This document shows positions 20,073 to 31,874 of a stretch of DNA of 64,000 nucleotides, piece after piece. The translations under genes and the position numbers were made by a program. The notes beneath the pieces are model-generated. The model saw only the letters and a program-made list of their open reading frames with translations. It ran no database searches and was not told where the DNA came from. Source of the stretch: an uncultured Pseudomonadota bacterium. Its GTDB lineage: Bacteria; Pseudomonadota; Alphaproteobacteria; Acetobacterales; Acetobacteraceae. The stretch's first letter is position 1. Each line of letters opens with the position of its first letter. The stretch covers positions 74,698 through 138,697 of the forward strand of contig CAWIDE010000018.1 in NCBI GenBank assembly GCA_963834715.1. Direction: 5' to 3'.

Positions 20073-20979
20073 GCATGCCCACGATCTCCACCCCTATCAC
20101 CTCTCGCGCACCGCGGGAGAGGTCGGCGAGCGCAGCGAGCCGGGTGAGGGCCTACCTCCGCCGCAATCCCTTCCTCGTCCTCGGCGCCACCCTCCTCGGC
20201 GTGCTCGCTCTCTTCCTCATCATCGGCAACCTGACCGTCGATACGTCCAACGCTCAAGCGCTTTCGGTCACCCCTCTTCAAGCGCCCTCATGGGAGTACC
20301 CGTTCGGCACCGACCGCCAGGGGCGCGATCTGCTCGCCGTCATGGTCGCAGGCACGCCGCTTACTCTCTATATCGGCTTTGTCGCCGGCCTGTTCGGGAT
20401 CGTCCTCGGCACCATCCTCGCCTTCACCGCTGCGTATTACGGCGGCATCGCCGATACCCTTATACGCGGCATCGCCGACATCGGCCTGACGGTCCCGGCG
20501 CTCCTCGTTCTCATCATCGTTGCCGTCTCGATCCGCAAAACCATGTCGGTCAACGAGATGGCGGTCATCATTGCCGCCCTGTCCTGGCCGTGGCCCACCA
20601 GGCAGATCCGCTCGCAGGTCCTCTCACTGCGCCGCCGGGCTTACGTGGAGGTCGCCCGTCTGAACGGCATGTCCGGCCCCGAGATCATATTTCGCGAACT
20701 GATCCCTAATCTGCTGCCATATCTTGCTGCCACGCTTGTCAGCAGCATCTCCGCTGCCATCCTCGCGTCGGTCGGCCTCGAGGTCCTCGGCCTCGGCCCC
20801 ATCGACGCCCCCACCATCGGCATGACGCTCTACTGGGTGTTCTTCAATGCCGCCGTCATTAATGGCTGGTGGTGGTGGTGGACCACCCCCCTCGTCACTA
20901 TTCTGATCGTGTTTCTAGGACTCTTTTTCCTTACGGTAGGCCTGGACGAAATTGCCAACCCCCGGCTGAGGCGCGCGGT

Positions 20980-20983
<4 letters not shown>
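20069..20983 (+). CDS. ABC transporter permease (DppC/OppC-like)
   Basis: ORF track, 304 aa: ...LRRNPFLVLGATLLGVLALF...GTDRQGRDLLA. Start overlaps the preceding stop. Confidence 0.85.
20098..20151 (+). repeat. REP-like palindromic element, copy 2 (inside the 5' coding end of the DppC-like gene)
   Basis: CACCTCTCGCGCACCGCGGGAGAGGTCGGCGAGCGCAGCGAGCCGGGTGAGGGC. Confidence 0.7.
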
Positions 20984-21976
<993 letters not shown>

Positions 21977-21984
<8 letters not shown>

Positions 21985-23062
21985 CCAACTCGCACCGGAC
22001 GCCAATTACCTTTCCCGCGATGCGGGAGAGGTCGCAGCGCGCAGCGCGGCGGGTGAGGGCCCCCTCCTCGAGCTCCACAACGCCTCGAAAGCCTTCCCCG
22101 CCGGCATGCTCGGCCGCGAGCACAAGGTTGCGCTCGAACCGTTCTCCTTCACGATCAACCCGTCGCGGCCCTCAATTATCGCGGTCGTTGGGGAATCCGG
22201 CAGCGGGAAGACCACACTCGCGCGCCTGCTTCTGGGGCTGATTGAACCGACCGAGGGCTTGGTTCTTTACAAGGGCAAGGACTTTCGGACCCTGACCGCG
22301 TCAGACCGGCGGGATTTCCGCCATGATGTCCAGGCGATTTTCCAGGATCCTTACGAGGTGTACAATCCCTTCTACCGCGTGGACCACGTGCTCACAACGC
22401 CGGTGCGAAAGTTTCGTTTGGCGCCATCCCGCGCCGAGGCCCGCCACCTGATCGAGGAAGCCCTCCGCCTGACCGGCCTCCGCCCGGAGGAAATCCTCGG
22501 CCGGTTCCCCCACCAGCTCTCCGGCGGCCAACGTCAGCGCATCATGGTGGCCCGCGCGCTCCTGTTGCGTCCGAAACTGATCATCGCCGACGAACCCGTC
22601 TCTATGGTGGATGCCTCGCTCCGTGCCACCATCCTCGGCAGCCTGCGCAAGCTGCACGATGAATTCGGTATCTCCATCCTCTACATCACCCACGACCTCG
22701 CCACGGCTTATCAGGTCGCAGATACCGTCCTCGTGATGTACCGTGCCGCGGTCGTTGAGGCCGGCAGTGTCGAGCGCGTGGTCAAAAATCCCCGCCACCC
22801 CTACACGCAACTGCTGATCAGCTCGATCCCCCGCGTTAGCACCAGCCGCGACTGGGCCGCGGAACAACCCCCGGCGATCCGTAATGCGCACGTCAACGGC
22901 GGGTGCAAGTTCGTGGACCGCTGCCCCATTGCGATCTCCCGCTGCACTCAATCCGCTCCGCCGCTGCTGCCGATTGAACCCGATCGCTCGGCGGCGTGCT
23001 TCCGCGTGGAACCTGCACGCGCCGCGAAAGAACTCGCATCCGCTTCCTTACCAGAACCCTAG
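21977..23062 (+). CDS. ABC transporter ATP-binding protein (DppF/OppF-like)
   Basis: Start MPNQLAPDANYL... overlaps the preceding stop. Walker A GESGSGKTT, signature LSGGQRQR. Confidence 0.85.
22007..22060 (+). repeat. REP-like palindromic element, copy 4 (inside the 5' coding end of the DppF-like gene)
   Basis: TACCTTTCCCGCGATGCGGGAGAGGTCGCAGCGCGCAGCGCGGCGGGTGAGGGC. Confidence 0.7.
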
Positions 23063-23102
23063 CGCTCTCCGCGCTCCGTGGTGTATCTTCCCTGCGGTGT
23101 CC

Positions 23103-24464
23103 TCACCCCATGGCGCCGCTCAGTGACGCACTGATTTGCTCAAGGGACTTCCCGCGTGTTTCAAACCCCAGCGTGAACATCGCAATGGCACCAACCAACA
23201 GCACCCCTGCGAGTGTCTCGAAAAAAACCACACTGTTGGGGTGCGATGCGAGCAGCAGACCAAGGACTGAGGGAGCAATGATTCCGCCAATGCGCTGCCA
23301 GCCTGCCGCACAGCCGACCTCGGCGCCGCGAAAGCGCGTCGGAAAAATCTCACTGGTGTAGGTAAACAGCAGTCCCCCTGCGCCGCCTGCACCGAAGAAG
23401 GCGGTCGCGGCCCCGAGCGTTACGATCGTTACCGCTCCTTCTGCCTGGCTCCAGGCCAGCATGAACACTGCTCCGAGCAAAAAGAAGGCCGTCAGCGTCG
23501 GGCGCCGGCCGAGGCGATCGAGCAGCAGCCCGCCTGCGAGATTGCCGAGCGCCCCGGCTCCAGTGATTGCTGCTGTAAAGTAGAAGCTGCGCACCAGCGG
23601 AAAGCCCATGTGGACAAACACCGTAGGAAGCCATACTCCCAAACCGAAGAACACCGTGCCACCGCAGAAATGCATAATCCACACGCTTAACGTCGCTCGG
23701 AGGTAACCGGGACGGAGAAGATCGCGTAGCCGGCCCTCGCGGTCCGATTGCGGCACGGACGCCGCAGGCACCTGATCAGGCGGAACTGTGCTCAACCATC
23801 GGACTACGCGCTCCGCCTCGGCAACACGTCCGCTCGCCATCATAAACCGCGCCAACTCTGGAAGGCGCGCAATTAAAAACGCCACGATGAACGATGGAAG
23901 GCCACCGACCACGAACATGCCGCGCCAGCCATATGCCGGGATGACATAGGTGGCTGCGAGCGCCGCGAGAAAGCTTGCCAGCTGCCAAAAGAATACACTG
24001 GAGGCCAGTAAAAAGCCTCGCTGCCTGATCGGAATGAATTCTGACAGATAGGTGAAAACCAGCGGAACCTCCGCCCCCAACCCGAAACCTTCGATCATCC
24101 GCATTGCCACCAGCGAGCGATAGCTCCAGGCAGTAGCAGCGATCAGGCTAAGGGTACCATAAAACAGAACCGCGAACAGTAGCGCGCGTTTGCGTCCGAT
24201 ACGATCGGCAAGCGTGCCCACGACAGCCGATCCGACCAGCATCCCGATGAACACGCTCGATGCGAGATACCCGGCCGAGGCTGGCGTGAGGTGGAATTCC
24301 CTGGAAATTCCAGGCAGCACCGTTCCCATCATGTTGATGTCAAATCCATCAAACAGGTGGCCCAGAATGACCGATGCGTACATGATCGAATGTCGCGGCG
24401 TGAAAGCGGAGCGGTCAAGCGCTCCTGTAATCTGTTGCGGCGACAGCCCTATTGTTGTGGACAT
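23103..24464 (-). CDS. MFS transporter (metabolite/aromatic acid:H+ symporter-like)
   Basis: ORF track, 453 aa, 12-TM look: ...LADRIGRKRALL... and ...LLDRLGRRPTL. Confidence 0.8.
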   Translation of the reverse strand: MSTTIGLSPQQITGALDRSAFTPRHSIMYASVILGHLFDGFDINMMGTVLPGISREFHLTPASAGYLASSVFIGMLVGSAVVGTLADRIGRKRALLFAVLFYGTLSLIAATAWSYRSLVAMRMIEGFGLGAEVPLVFTYLSEFIPIRQRGFLLASSVFFWQLASFLAALAATYVIPAYGWRGMFVVGGLPSFIVAFLIARLPELARFMMASGRVAEAERVVRWLSTVPPDQVPAASVPQSDREGRLRDLLRPGYLRATLSVWIMHFCGGTVFFGLGVWLPTVFVHMGFPLVRSFYFTAAITGAGALGNLAGGLLLDRLGRRPTLTAFFLLGAVFMLAWSQAEGAVTIVTLGAATAFFGAGGAGGLLFTYTSEIFPTRFRGAEVGCAAGWQRIGGIIAPSVLGLLLASHPNSVVFFETLAGVLLVGAIAMFTLGFETRGKSLEQISASLSGAMG

Positions 24465-24866
24465 GTCAGCGTTCCCCCGAAGTATGCCCCACCTTGTTTT
24501 CCGAAGAGCTACATGCGCTTTAGACCAGCTCTATGGATCATTGTCCGGAGATTATGACCACTTACGAACCAATGGTCAAACGCAATGTGTGTGTGACCAG
24601 TGCGCAACGAAACAGCACGCGCGCGATGCGGAGCTTCAGCAGCGCATCAGTCGTCTCGGTCCGCATTTATTGCTACTGGGCATAGTATCGGTTGCAAGCT
24701 AAGCAGCTTTCACGCGCCGAGACATATTCACCCGCTCCGCGACCGTCAGCGCACAATAGCCAATTCCCGGTCATCCGGCATAGTCAAAGGCCACTCAACA
24801 GCGGTCGGCCGAAGGGTGGCCGGTATGGCGCCTTCCGAGAATCCTCCAGGCGCCACCTGGTGGTGC

Positions 24867-25136
24867 CTACACCGCCTTCTTCAACGTCGGCGACGCCTTG
24901 AACCGCACCGTCTTGCCCGCCCTGACCTTAATGGACTCGCCAGTCTTCGGGTTCATACCCCTGCGTGCCTTAGTTTTGCGCACAACGAACGTGCCGAAGC
25001 TCGGAAGCGTGAATTTCCCCGACCGCTTCAGCTCTTTGACTATAGCATCCATCAGATGGCCCGCGGCCCGATTCGCCGCCGCACCGGTCAGTTCGGCGGA
25101 TTCCTGGATCGCCTGTGCGAGAAAGGCTTTTGACAT
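24867..25136 (-). CDS. hup: HU-family DNA-binding protein
   Basis: ORF track, 89 aa: MSKAFLAQAIQES...FGTFVVRKTKARRGMNPKTGESIKVRAGKTVRFKAS. Confidence 0.9.
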   Translation of the reverse strand: MSKAFLAQAIQESAELTGAAANRAAGHLMDAIVKELKRSGKFTLPSFGTFVVRKTKARRGMNPKTGESIKVRAGKTVRFKASPTLKKAV

Positions 25137-25398
25137 GGTCTCTCCTCTTGCGAATAACTTTCACGGCGCACCGACAGACGGACCATGCGCGCCGTTGGGA
25201 CAAGGCCTGGTCACGACGACCCTTCAGATTCGCCGCGTCGCTGCAAGGACTTTGGCACGATGCCGAAACCTTGCCAAGTCCTACTATTGTTTTCGCAGAG
25301 GATTTTTGATGATAATCGGCACCTGTTGCGGAACGGCATCGCTCCGCGACAGGTGCCGCGCGGGGTTGGCGGAGGGGGCCCGCGCGAAACAAGAACTC

Positions 25399-26838
25399 CT
25401 ACAGCCCCGCCTGGGAGACGAACTTCGTGTTCAGATATGCCTCGATGGCCTCGAGCCCGCCTTCCGAACCGTAACCGGAGTCCTTCACGCCACCGAACGG
25501 AACCTCGGGCAATGCCAGTCCGTGATGGTTGATCGACATCATTCCCGCCTCCACCGCTGCCGCGATCGCGTTCGCGGTCCTGGCCGAGCGTGTATAAGCG
25601 TATGAGGCAAGACCAAACGGCAGCCGATTCGCTTCCGCCACCGCGTCGTCGAATGAACGAAACGGAGCAACTACCGCAACAGGCCCGAACGGCTCCTCGT
25701 TCATGATCCGCGCCTCGGTCGGCACATCGGTCAGGACTGTCGGTTCGAAGAAGTTGCCCTTGTTACCGATGCGGTTGCCGCCGGTCCGCACTTTCGCCCC
25801 ATGCTTCACCGCATCGGCGACCAACGCCTCCACAGCCGAGACCCGGCGTGTGTTGGCAAGCGGCCCCATCTGCGTGCCGGCCTCCAGCCCGTCGCCAACC
25901 TTTACAGCCTTGACGGCAGTCACGAACTTATCAACGAACTGGCCGTACACCGGCTCTTGCACCAGGAACCGCGTGGGCGAGATGCAGACCTGCCCGGCGT
26001 TGCGGATCTTGCTTGTCGACAAAATCCTCGTGGTGGCGTCCATATCCGCGTCATCAAACACGATCACTGGCGCATGGCCGCCGAGCTCCATCGTCGCGCG
26101 CTTCATGTGCTCGCCAGCCAGCGCGGCGAGATGCTTGCCCACTACCGTTGATCCGGTGAACGAGATCTTCCTGATCACCGGATGCGGAATCAGATACTCT
26201 GAAATCTCTGCGGGCACGCCATAAACCGCATTCACCACCCCGGGCGGAATGCCGGCGTCAGCAAACGCCCGGATTAGTTCGGCGGGCGAGCCAGGAGTCT
26301 CCTCCGGCGGCTTGACAATAATCGAGCAGCCGGCAGCAACGGCCCCCGAGAGTTTCCGTACCACCTGGTTGATCGGGAAGTTCCACGGCGTGAACGCGGC
26401 CACCGGCCCAACCGGCTCCTTCAGCACTAGTTGATAAACGCCCTCAGCCCGCGCCGGCACGACGCGGCCGTAGGTGCGGCGCGCTTCCTCAGCGAACCAG
26501 TCGATCACATCCGCGCCTGCCAGCGTCTCCAGCTTGGACTCCGCGAGCGGCTTACCCTGTTCCAGGGTCATGATCCGCGCGATCTCGTCGGCCCGTTCGC
26601 GCAGGATGTTGGCCGCCTTGCGCATCAACTTCGAGCGGTCATACGCGGACACCTTGCGCCAGGTGTGGAAACCCTTCTCCGCCGCCTGCAGGGCTCGGTC
26701 CAGGTCGGCACGCTCGGCATGCGCAACGGTTCCGATGGTCTCTCCGGTTGCGGGGTTGACCACCGGAATGGTCCCGCCGCCACGAGCCTTCGTCCACTCA
26801 CCATCAATAAACAATTGCACGTCGCGGTACATCGCCAT
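25399..26838 (-). CDS. NAD(P)-dependent aldehyde dehydrogenase (succinate-semialdehyde dehydrogenase-like)
   Basis: ORF track, 479 aa: ...[11 protein letters not shown]...ELGGHAP...[11 protein letters not shown]...EEPFGPV. Confidence 0.85.
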   Translation of the reverse strand: MAMYRDVQLFIDGEWTKARGGGTIPVVNPATGETIGTVAHAERADLDRALQAAEKGFHTWRKVSAYDRSKLMRKAANILRERADEIARIMTLEQGKPLAESKLETLAGADVIDWFAEEARRTYGRVVPARAEGVYQLVLKEPVGPVAAFTPWNFPINQVVRKLSGAVAAGCSIIVKPPEETPGSPAELIRAFADAGIPPGVVNAVYGVPAEISEYLIPHPVIRKISFTGSTVVGKHLAALAGEHMKRATMELGGHAPVIVFDDADMDATTRILSTSKIRNAGQVCISPTRFLVQEPVYGQFVDKFVTAVKAVKVGDGLEAGTQMGPLANTRRVSAVEALVADAVKHGAKVRTGGNRIGNKGNFFEPTVLTDVPTEARIMNEEPFGPVAVVAPFRSFDDAVAEANRLPFGLASYAYTRSARTANAIAAAVEAGMMSINHHGLALPEVPFGGVKDSGYGSEGGLEAIEAYLNTKFVSQAGL

Positions 26839-26927
26839 TCTCCTGCCGATAAAACGCCGTTCCGGGCGGGTCGTATCCCTAGGCTCGCTCTTGTCAAGCG
26901 CTGCCCGCGTATCGTTGCGCGGCAGCC

Positions 26928-27698
26928 CTACTGCACCCCCACAGCCGTCCCCAGTGCTTCCCCGATACCACCCCGCAACACCAGGTCCGCCACATCATCC
27001 AACGGGGTCGATTCCCGATTGATAATCACCAGCCGCGCCCCATTCCGGCGAGCAAGTTCCGGGAATCCTGCCGCCGGATAGACCACCAGCGACGATCCTA
27101 TTGCCAGAAACAAATCAGCGGCCAGCGTCTCCTGCTCTGCGCGCCGCATCGCCTCGGCGGGCATGGACTGCCCGAAGGAAATCGTCGCGGTCTTTACAAA
27201 ACCACCACAACCTTCGCACTGTGGCGCACGCGGATCTCGCTCGAATACCGCCAGCACATCGGCAATCTCGTAACGCATGTTACAGTCCAGGCAGGCCGCG
27301 TACGTTGTGTTGCCATGAAGCTCGATCACCTTGTCGTCCGGGACACCGGACATCTGGTGCAGGCCGTCGATGTTCTGCGTGATCACGGCCGTTGCCTTAC
27401 CCTCGGCAACAAGCTGCGCCACCGCTACGTGCCCGCGATTTGGGCGGGCTGCGCGCAAAACCGGGTCGCTCGCACCCCTGCGGCGCCAACTCTCGATTCG
27501 TGCCTCCTCAGAAGCCATGAAGTCCCGGAAATAAATCGGGTTCTGGCTCATCCAAATGCCCCCCGGACTGCGGTAATCCGGAATGCCGGATTCGGTGCTG
27601 ATCCCCGCCCCGGTGAACACCACGGCCCGGGTCGCTTGCTCTAGCATCCGCCGCAACTGCTGTATCTGCTCGTCCATTCGTTGTATTTCTGCGAACAT
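26928..27698 (-). CDS. cobB: NAD-dependent protein deacylase, Sir2 family
   Basis: ORF track, 256 aa: ...[22 protein letters not shown]...TQNIDGLH...ELHGN...C..C Zn ribbon. Confidence 0.85.
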   Translation of the reverse strand: MFAEIQRMDEQIQQLRRMLEQATRAVVFTGAGISTESGIPDYRSPGGIWMSQNPIYFRDFMASEEARIESWRRRGASDPVLRAARPNRGHVAVAQLVAEGKATAVITQNIDGLHQMSGVPDDKVIELHGNTTYAACLDCNMRYEIADVLAVFERDPRAPQCEGCGGFVKTATISFGQSMPAEAMRRAEQETLAADLFLAIGSSLVVYPAAGFPELARRNGARLVIINRESTPLDDVADLVLRGGIGEALGTAVGVQ

Positions 27699-28272
27699 GT
27701 CCGATCCTGCTGTCCCGCCGCGCTGCCCCTGGGCAAGAGGAAGCGATGCGATGATCGCCTACCACGATACCGAATGGGGCGTGCCGCAGCACGATGACCG
27801 GGCGCTGTTCGAGCTACTGACGCTCGAAGGGGCGCAAGCCGGCCTCTCCTGGGCGACTATCCTGCAACGCCGCGCCGCTTACCGGCAAGCTTTCTACGGT
27901 TTCGATATCCCCCGGGTCGCGGCCATGACCGACGCCGCTTTGGAAAAGCTGCTGCAGAATACCGGGATCATCCGCAATCGCCAGAAGGTGGTGTCCGCAC
28001 GCGCGAACGCGCAGGCCGCACTGCGGATGATCGAGCAGCGCGGCAGCCTGGATGCATACTTGTGGGGCCTGGTACCGGAAGTCCCCATCATCAACCGCTG
28101 GCGGCGCGTGGAACAGGTCCCGGCGCGCACCGAGGCGTCCGACGCCATGAGCAAACGGCTGAAGAAAGATGGTTTTGCCTTCGTCGGATCGACAATCTGT
28201 TACGCATTCATGCAGGCGACCGGCATGGTCGATGACCATGTCGTCACCTGCTTCCGGGCAATCAACCCTTAA
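27697..28272 (+). CDS. tag: DNA-3-methyladenine glycosylase I
   Basis: [52 protein letters not shown]...IIRNRQKV. Confidence 0.85.
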   Translation: MSDPAVPPRCPWARGSDAMIAYHDTEWGVPQHDDRALFELLTLEGAQAGLSWATILQRRAAYRQAFYGFDIPRVAAMTDAALEKLLQNTGIIRNRQKVVSARANAQAALRMIEQRGSLDAYLWGLVPEVPIINRWRRVEQVPARTEASDAMSKRLKKDGFAFVGSTICYAFMQATGMVDDHVVTCFRAINP

Positions 28273-28320
28273 CCTCTCCCGCTCGCGGGAGAGGTCGGCG
28301 CGAAGCGCCGGGGGAGGGTG
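28270..28320 (+). repeat. REP-like palindromic element, copy 5 (between convergent tag and DJ-1 genes)
   Basis: TAACCTCTCCCGCTCGCGGGAGAGGTCGGCGCGAAGCGCCGGGGGAGGGTG. Confidence 0.7.
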
Positions 28321-28884
28321 TCACGCCGCCTGCCGATGCTCCGCACGTTCAAACATCTGCAGCATCTCCCGGTTGAACGCCGGGATGTCGTCGGGCTTGC
28401 GGGATGTCACCAACCGTCCGTCAACGACCACGTCGCGGTCAACCCAGTTGGCCCCGGCATTCCGCAGGTCCGTTTGCAGGGACGGCCACGAGGTCACCGT
28501 CTTGCCCTTCGCGCCCCCTGCTTCCAGCAAGGTCCACGGACCGTGGCAGATCGCGGCAATTGGCTTGTTGGACTGCACGAAGTGCCGGACAAAGGCCACA
28601 GCTTCAGGAATCGTCCGTAATTGATCGGGATTGGCCACCCCGCCCGGCAACACCACCGCGTCGAACTGTTCCGGCTTCACGGATCCCAGGTCCGCATCAA
28701 CCTTCAGCTTATCGCCTTTCTCGTGGTGGTTCATTCCCTGGATTTCGCCGGACTTCGGCGCGATCACCTTCACATCCGCCTTCGACTTTTTGAGAACCTT
28801 CACCGGTTCGGTCAGTTCCACCTGCTCCACGCCATCGGTGGCGAGTACTGCGACCTTCATTCCGCTCAGATCGGCCATTCGCAA
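28321..28884 (-). CDS. DJ-1/PfpI family protein (type 1 glutamine amidotransferase-like)
   Basis: ORF track, 187 aa: ...FDAVVLPGGVANPDQLR...KPIAAICHGPW. Confidence 0.8.
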   Translation of the reverse strand: MRMADLSGMKVAVLATDGVEQVELTEPVKVLKKSKADVKVIAPKSGEIQGMNHHEKGDKLKVDADLGSVKPEQFDAVVLPGGVANPDQLRTIPEAVAFVRHFVQSNKPIAAICHGPWTLLEAGGAKGKTVTSWPSLQTDLRNAGANWVDRDVVVDGRLVTSRKPDDIPAFNREMLQMFERAEHRQAA

Positions 28885-28941
28885 CCTCCTTTTCTCCTGC
28901 CCCTCAAACGATCGAGCAGGCGGCCGGTTGCACGCCAGGGC

Positions 28942-29703
28942 CTATGCTCCGGTACGGGCGGCGCGGTATTCGCGGCGGACGATTTCCATCAGCTCAGGGA
29001 CGGAGGTCTCGCGGGCAGGGGAAGCGTAGGTGATGCGCCCGCGTTGCATCAGGATGATACGGTCGGCGATTTCGAGCGTCTGCGCATAGTTGTGCATAAT
29101 CATGGCGATGGAGAGATCGCCTTTTGCCTTGAGTTGCATGATCAGGTCGATGATCAGGCTCGACTCTCGTGCCCCCATCGCGGCCAGCGGTTCGTCAAGC
29201 AGCAGGATGTGGGCGTTGGAGTTGATGGCTCGGGCAACGGCGATGGCTTGGCGTTGTCCGCCGGAGAGGCGCTCCACCGGCAGGTCCACGGAGGGGATGT
29301 GCACGCCCACTTCGTCCAGCAGCTCGCGGGCGCGTTTGCGCATCGCATTGTGGTTTACCAACCTGATCGGGCCGCGATAGAGGATTTCGCGGTTAAGAAA
29401 CAGGTTATGGTAGATGCTGAGCGAGTTTGCCAGCGCGAGGTCCTGATACACGCACTCGACCCCGAGTGACCGGGCGTGGTCCACCGAGTGCAGGACGGTT
29501 TCCTTGCCGTCGAACAGAAGGCGGCCAGAGGTGGGCGGCTGATATCCGGTAAGTATCTTGACCAGCGTGGATTTACCGGCGCCGTTGTCGCCGAGGATGC
29601 CGAGGATTTCGCCGCGGTTTAGTTCCACAGTGACGCCATCGAGCGCAGTGACGGCGCCAAACCGCTTGATAATGTTTTCGGCGCGGACAGCCGGCGTAGT
29701 CAT
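28942..29703 (-). CDS. sugar ABC transporter ATP-binding protein (single NBD)
   Basis: Start MTTPAVRAENIIKRFGAVTALDG... with ATGA overlap to the upstream permease. Walker A GDNGAGKST, signature LSGGQRQ. The ORF-track 5' extension to 30186 overlaps the permease. Confidence 0.85.
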   Translation of the reverse strand: MTTPAVRAENIIKRFGAVTALDGVTVELNRGEILGILGDNGAGKSTLVKILTGYQPPTSGRLLFDGKETVLHSVDHARSLGVECVYQDLALANSLSIYHNLFLNREILYRGPIRLVNHNAMRKRARELLDEVGVHIPSVDLPVERLSGGQRQAIAVARAINSNAHILLLDEPLAAMGARESSLIIDLIMQLKAKGDLSIAMIMHNYAQTLEIADRIILMQRGRITYASPARETSVPELMEIVRREYRAARTGA

Positions 29704-30674
29704 CGCGAGCCCCCGGTGCGCGCGAGCCGTGTCATGTGGATGTTGAACAACATCGAAAGCAGGATAGCGCAGCCCAGAATGATGTTGAATGTATAGGCAT
29801 TCACGCCGATCAGAGTGAACCCATCGCTGAGGATCCCCAGCACCGCGGCGCCGATCAGGGCGCCGAGGATGGTTCCGAACCCACCTGCGAGCGAGGTGCC
29901 GCCGATCACGCCTGCGGCGACGGCCAGGAACATAATCTGATTGCCGCCGGCGAGTGGATCGAACGATGAGATGCGGAAGCCTTCCAGGATGCCTACGAAA
30001 CCCGAGAGGCAGCCGGTGAGGATGAAGTTGCCCATTTTGAGCCGCTCGACATGGATTCCGGCTTCGCTGGCACCGGTTGGGTTGGCGCCGGCGGCTGTGG
30101 TGTGCAACCCCCAGCGGGTATCGCGCAGCACCACATGCATGACGGCGGCGATCACTACGGCCCAGCAGAACTCGCTGTATCCCCAACCGCCCAGGACTTG
30201 CGAGAGAATCGGATTAGGTGGCGGGGTAACCGGGGTGCCAGAGGAAATGGACAGGGTGAAACCATTGATAAGAAACAATGTGCCAAGCGTGGTGACAAAG
30301 GACGGGATTGACAGATAGACGGTGACAAAGCCGTTGATGAATCCGACCACTCCGCCGGCTGCGATACCCAGAATGACCGCCAGTGGGGCCGGGATGCCGG
30401 CCTCCACCGCGAAGTGCACGATGAAGGGCGACATCGCATAGACCATGCCGGCAGAGAGATCGATCTCTCCCATGATCATCAGCATTACCTCGCCGCAGGC
30501 GATGATCGCCACCGGCGCGATATACTGCGTGAGGTTCTGCACGCTGGCGGAAGTCAACAGAAAGTCGGGGTTCGATGCCTCGAAATAGGCGATGAGGATC
30601 AGAGCCACGACAAAGATACTGGCTTCCGGCCAGTGCAGAAACAGCTCGGAAAAGCGGCGAGCGAAGCGCGGCAT
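29700..30674 (-). CDS. sugar ABC transporter permease (RbsC/XylH-like)
   Basis: ORF track, 324 aa, polytopic: ...GEIDLSAGMVYA. Confidence 0.85.
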   Translation of the reverse strand: MPRFARRFSELFLHWPEASIFVVALILIAYFEASNPDFLLTSASVQNLTQYIAPVAIIACGEVMLMIMGEIDLSAGMVYAMSPFIVHFAVEAGIPAPLAVILGIAAGGVVGFINGFVTVYLSIPSFVTTLGTLFLINGFTLSISSGTPVTPPPNPILSQVLGGWGYSEFCWAVVIAAVMHVVLRDTRWGLHTTAAGANPTGASEAGIHVERLKMGNFILTGCLSGFVGILEGFRISSFDPLAGGNQIMFLAVAAGVIGGTSLAGGFGTILGALIGAAVLGILSDGFTLIGVNAYTFNIILGCAILLSMLFNIHMTRLARTGGSR

Positions 30675-31753
30675 CAGGTCGAAATAGGCCCGGTGTGCTT
30701 CACGATCGCCTCGGTGGCGGCCGAGCCTTCATAACGGTCCTTGTTCGTCAGGTACGGCTCCACACTCGATTTGGTGACGAATTTCAGGCCCGTGTTGATG
30801 TCCGATGGGCCAGTGAGGCCGCCGGACATCTTGAACATGAACAGTTCCATGATCGGGTAGAAGCCTTGCAGATAAGCTTGCTGATCGATGGTGAAATCAA
30901 GGAACCCTGCATTGATCAGTTCCAGGGTTTTCGGAAGCAGATCATACCCGCCGGCATGTACACCTTTCTTCGGCAAATTGAATTGCTGCATTACTTCGCC
31001 GACCCCCTGCGTGCTGCCCGCATCGACCGCGAACATGCCCTTCAGGTCCTGATGGCCGAGGTAGTAGGAGCGTATGCGAGACAGTTCCTCATTCACTGTT
31101 GGTCCGCTGGCAATCGAGTCCACCTGGATGTTCTTGCCGGACTTCTTGATTGCGGCGATGGCGCCATCCATGCGCGGCTGAATGTTCAACTGGCCAGGGG
31201 TGGCGATAAAGATGGCCACCAGCCCGGAATCGACCATGGAGGCGATTCGCTCGCCCATGTGATAGCCCGACAGGTATAGATCCTGCCCGATATAGGCTAG
31301 GCGCTTGTTGCCACTGCCGGCAGGCGCATCGGCATTGTAGGAGACAACGGGAATCCCCGCCGCCAGTGCCTTTTCCAAGGGCTCATTGAAGGCACGCGGA
31401 TCGACGATCGAGACGGCAATGCCGTCGGCGTGGCTCGCCACGGCAGCATTCATCGCATTGACCATTTGGGCGATGTCGGAGGTCTCCGACCCGGTCCATT
31501 GATACGTGCAGTTGAGCAGAGCGCAGGCGTCCTGGATGCCGTACTGCGTGGGGACGAAGAATGGATTGGTGGTCACGTGATTGACAAAAACGAAGCGCCA
31601 CTTTGGGTGCGATGGCAGCCCGGCGGCTCGCGCGGGGTTGCTGCCGAGTAGCGCCATGGCACCGGCAACGCCAGCTAGGCCGGCGCCCTGGAGCATGGCA
31701 CGTCGCGCCACTGCGGCACGGTTGACTGGTTGAGGGTCGCGATCCGCTGCCAT
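30674..31753 (-). CDS. sugar ABC transporter substrate-binding protein (RbsB-like, Tat signal)
   Basis: ORF track, 359 aa: ...RRAMLQGAGLAGVAGAMALLGSNPARA, then the type I PBP fold. Confidence 0.85.
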   Translation of the reverse strand: MAADRDPQPVNRAAVARRAMLQGAGLAGVAGAMALLGSNPARAAGLPSHPKWRFVFVNHVTTNPFFVPTQYGIQDACALLNCTYQWTGSETSDIAQMVNAMNAAVASHADGIAVSIVDPRAFNEPLEKALAAGIPVVSYNADAPAGSGNKRLAYIGQDLYLSGYHMGERIASMVDSGLVAIFIATPGQLNIQPRMDGAIAAIKKSGKNIQVDSIASGPTVNEELSRIRSYYLGHQDLKGMFAVDAGSTQGVGEVMQQFNLPKKGVHAGGYDLLPKTLELINAGFLDFTIDQQAYLQGFYPIMELFMFKMSGGLTGPSDINTGLKFVTKSSVEPYLTNKDRYEGSAATEAIVKHTGPIST

Positions 31754-31874
31754 CCGGGGTTCCTCCCTGAATTTGAAACTGGTTGCCTAATAGCCACGAC
31801 TGTGCGGTCCGTCCAGCGGGGTACGGACCGGCCGTTTGCGCCTTGCTGCGGAGCAGCGTATCGGGGCGGGGAGA

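Noticed and set aside
27696-27699. Divergent cobB and tag genes sharing the tetranucleotide CATG as overlapping start codons
   Set aside because: The cobB start is uncertain (a downstream Met is possible), and the overlap carries no evident regulatory meaning.
28942-30186. Long 5' extensions of ORF-track models. Examples: 28942..30186, 35961..37415, 13205..14170, 3385..4179, 45747..47540, 62051..62626, 62341..62922, 60195..62111.
   Set aside because: The extensions overlap neighbouring real genes and look non-coding. Internal starts with SD sequences or ATGA/GTGA coupling give proteins of the expected family length.
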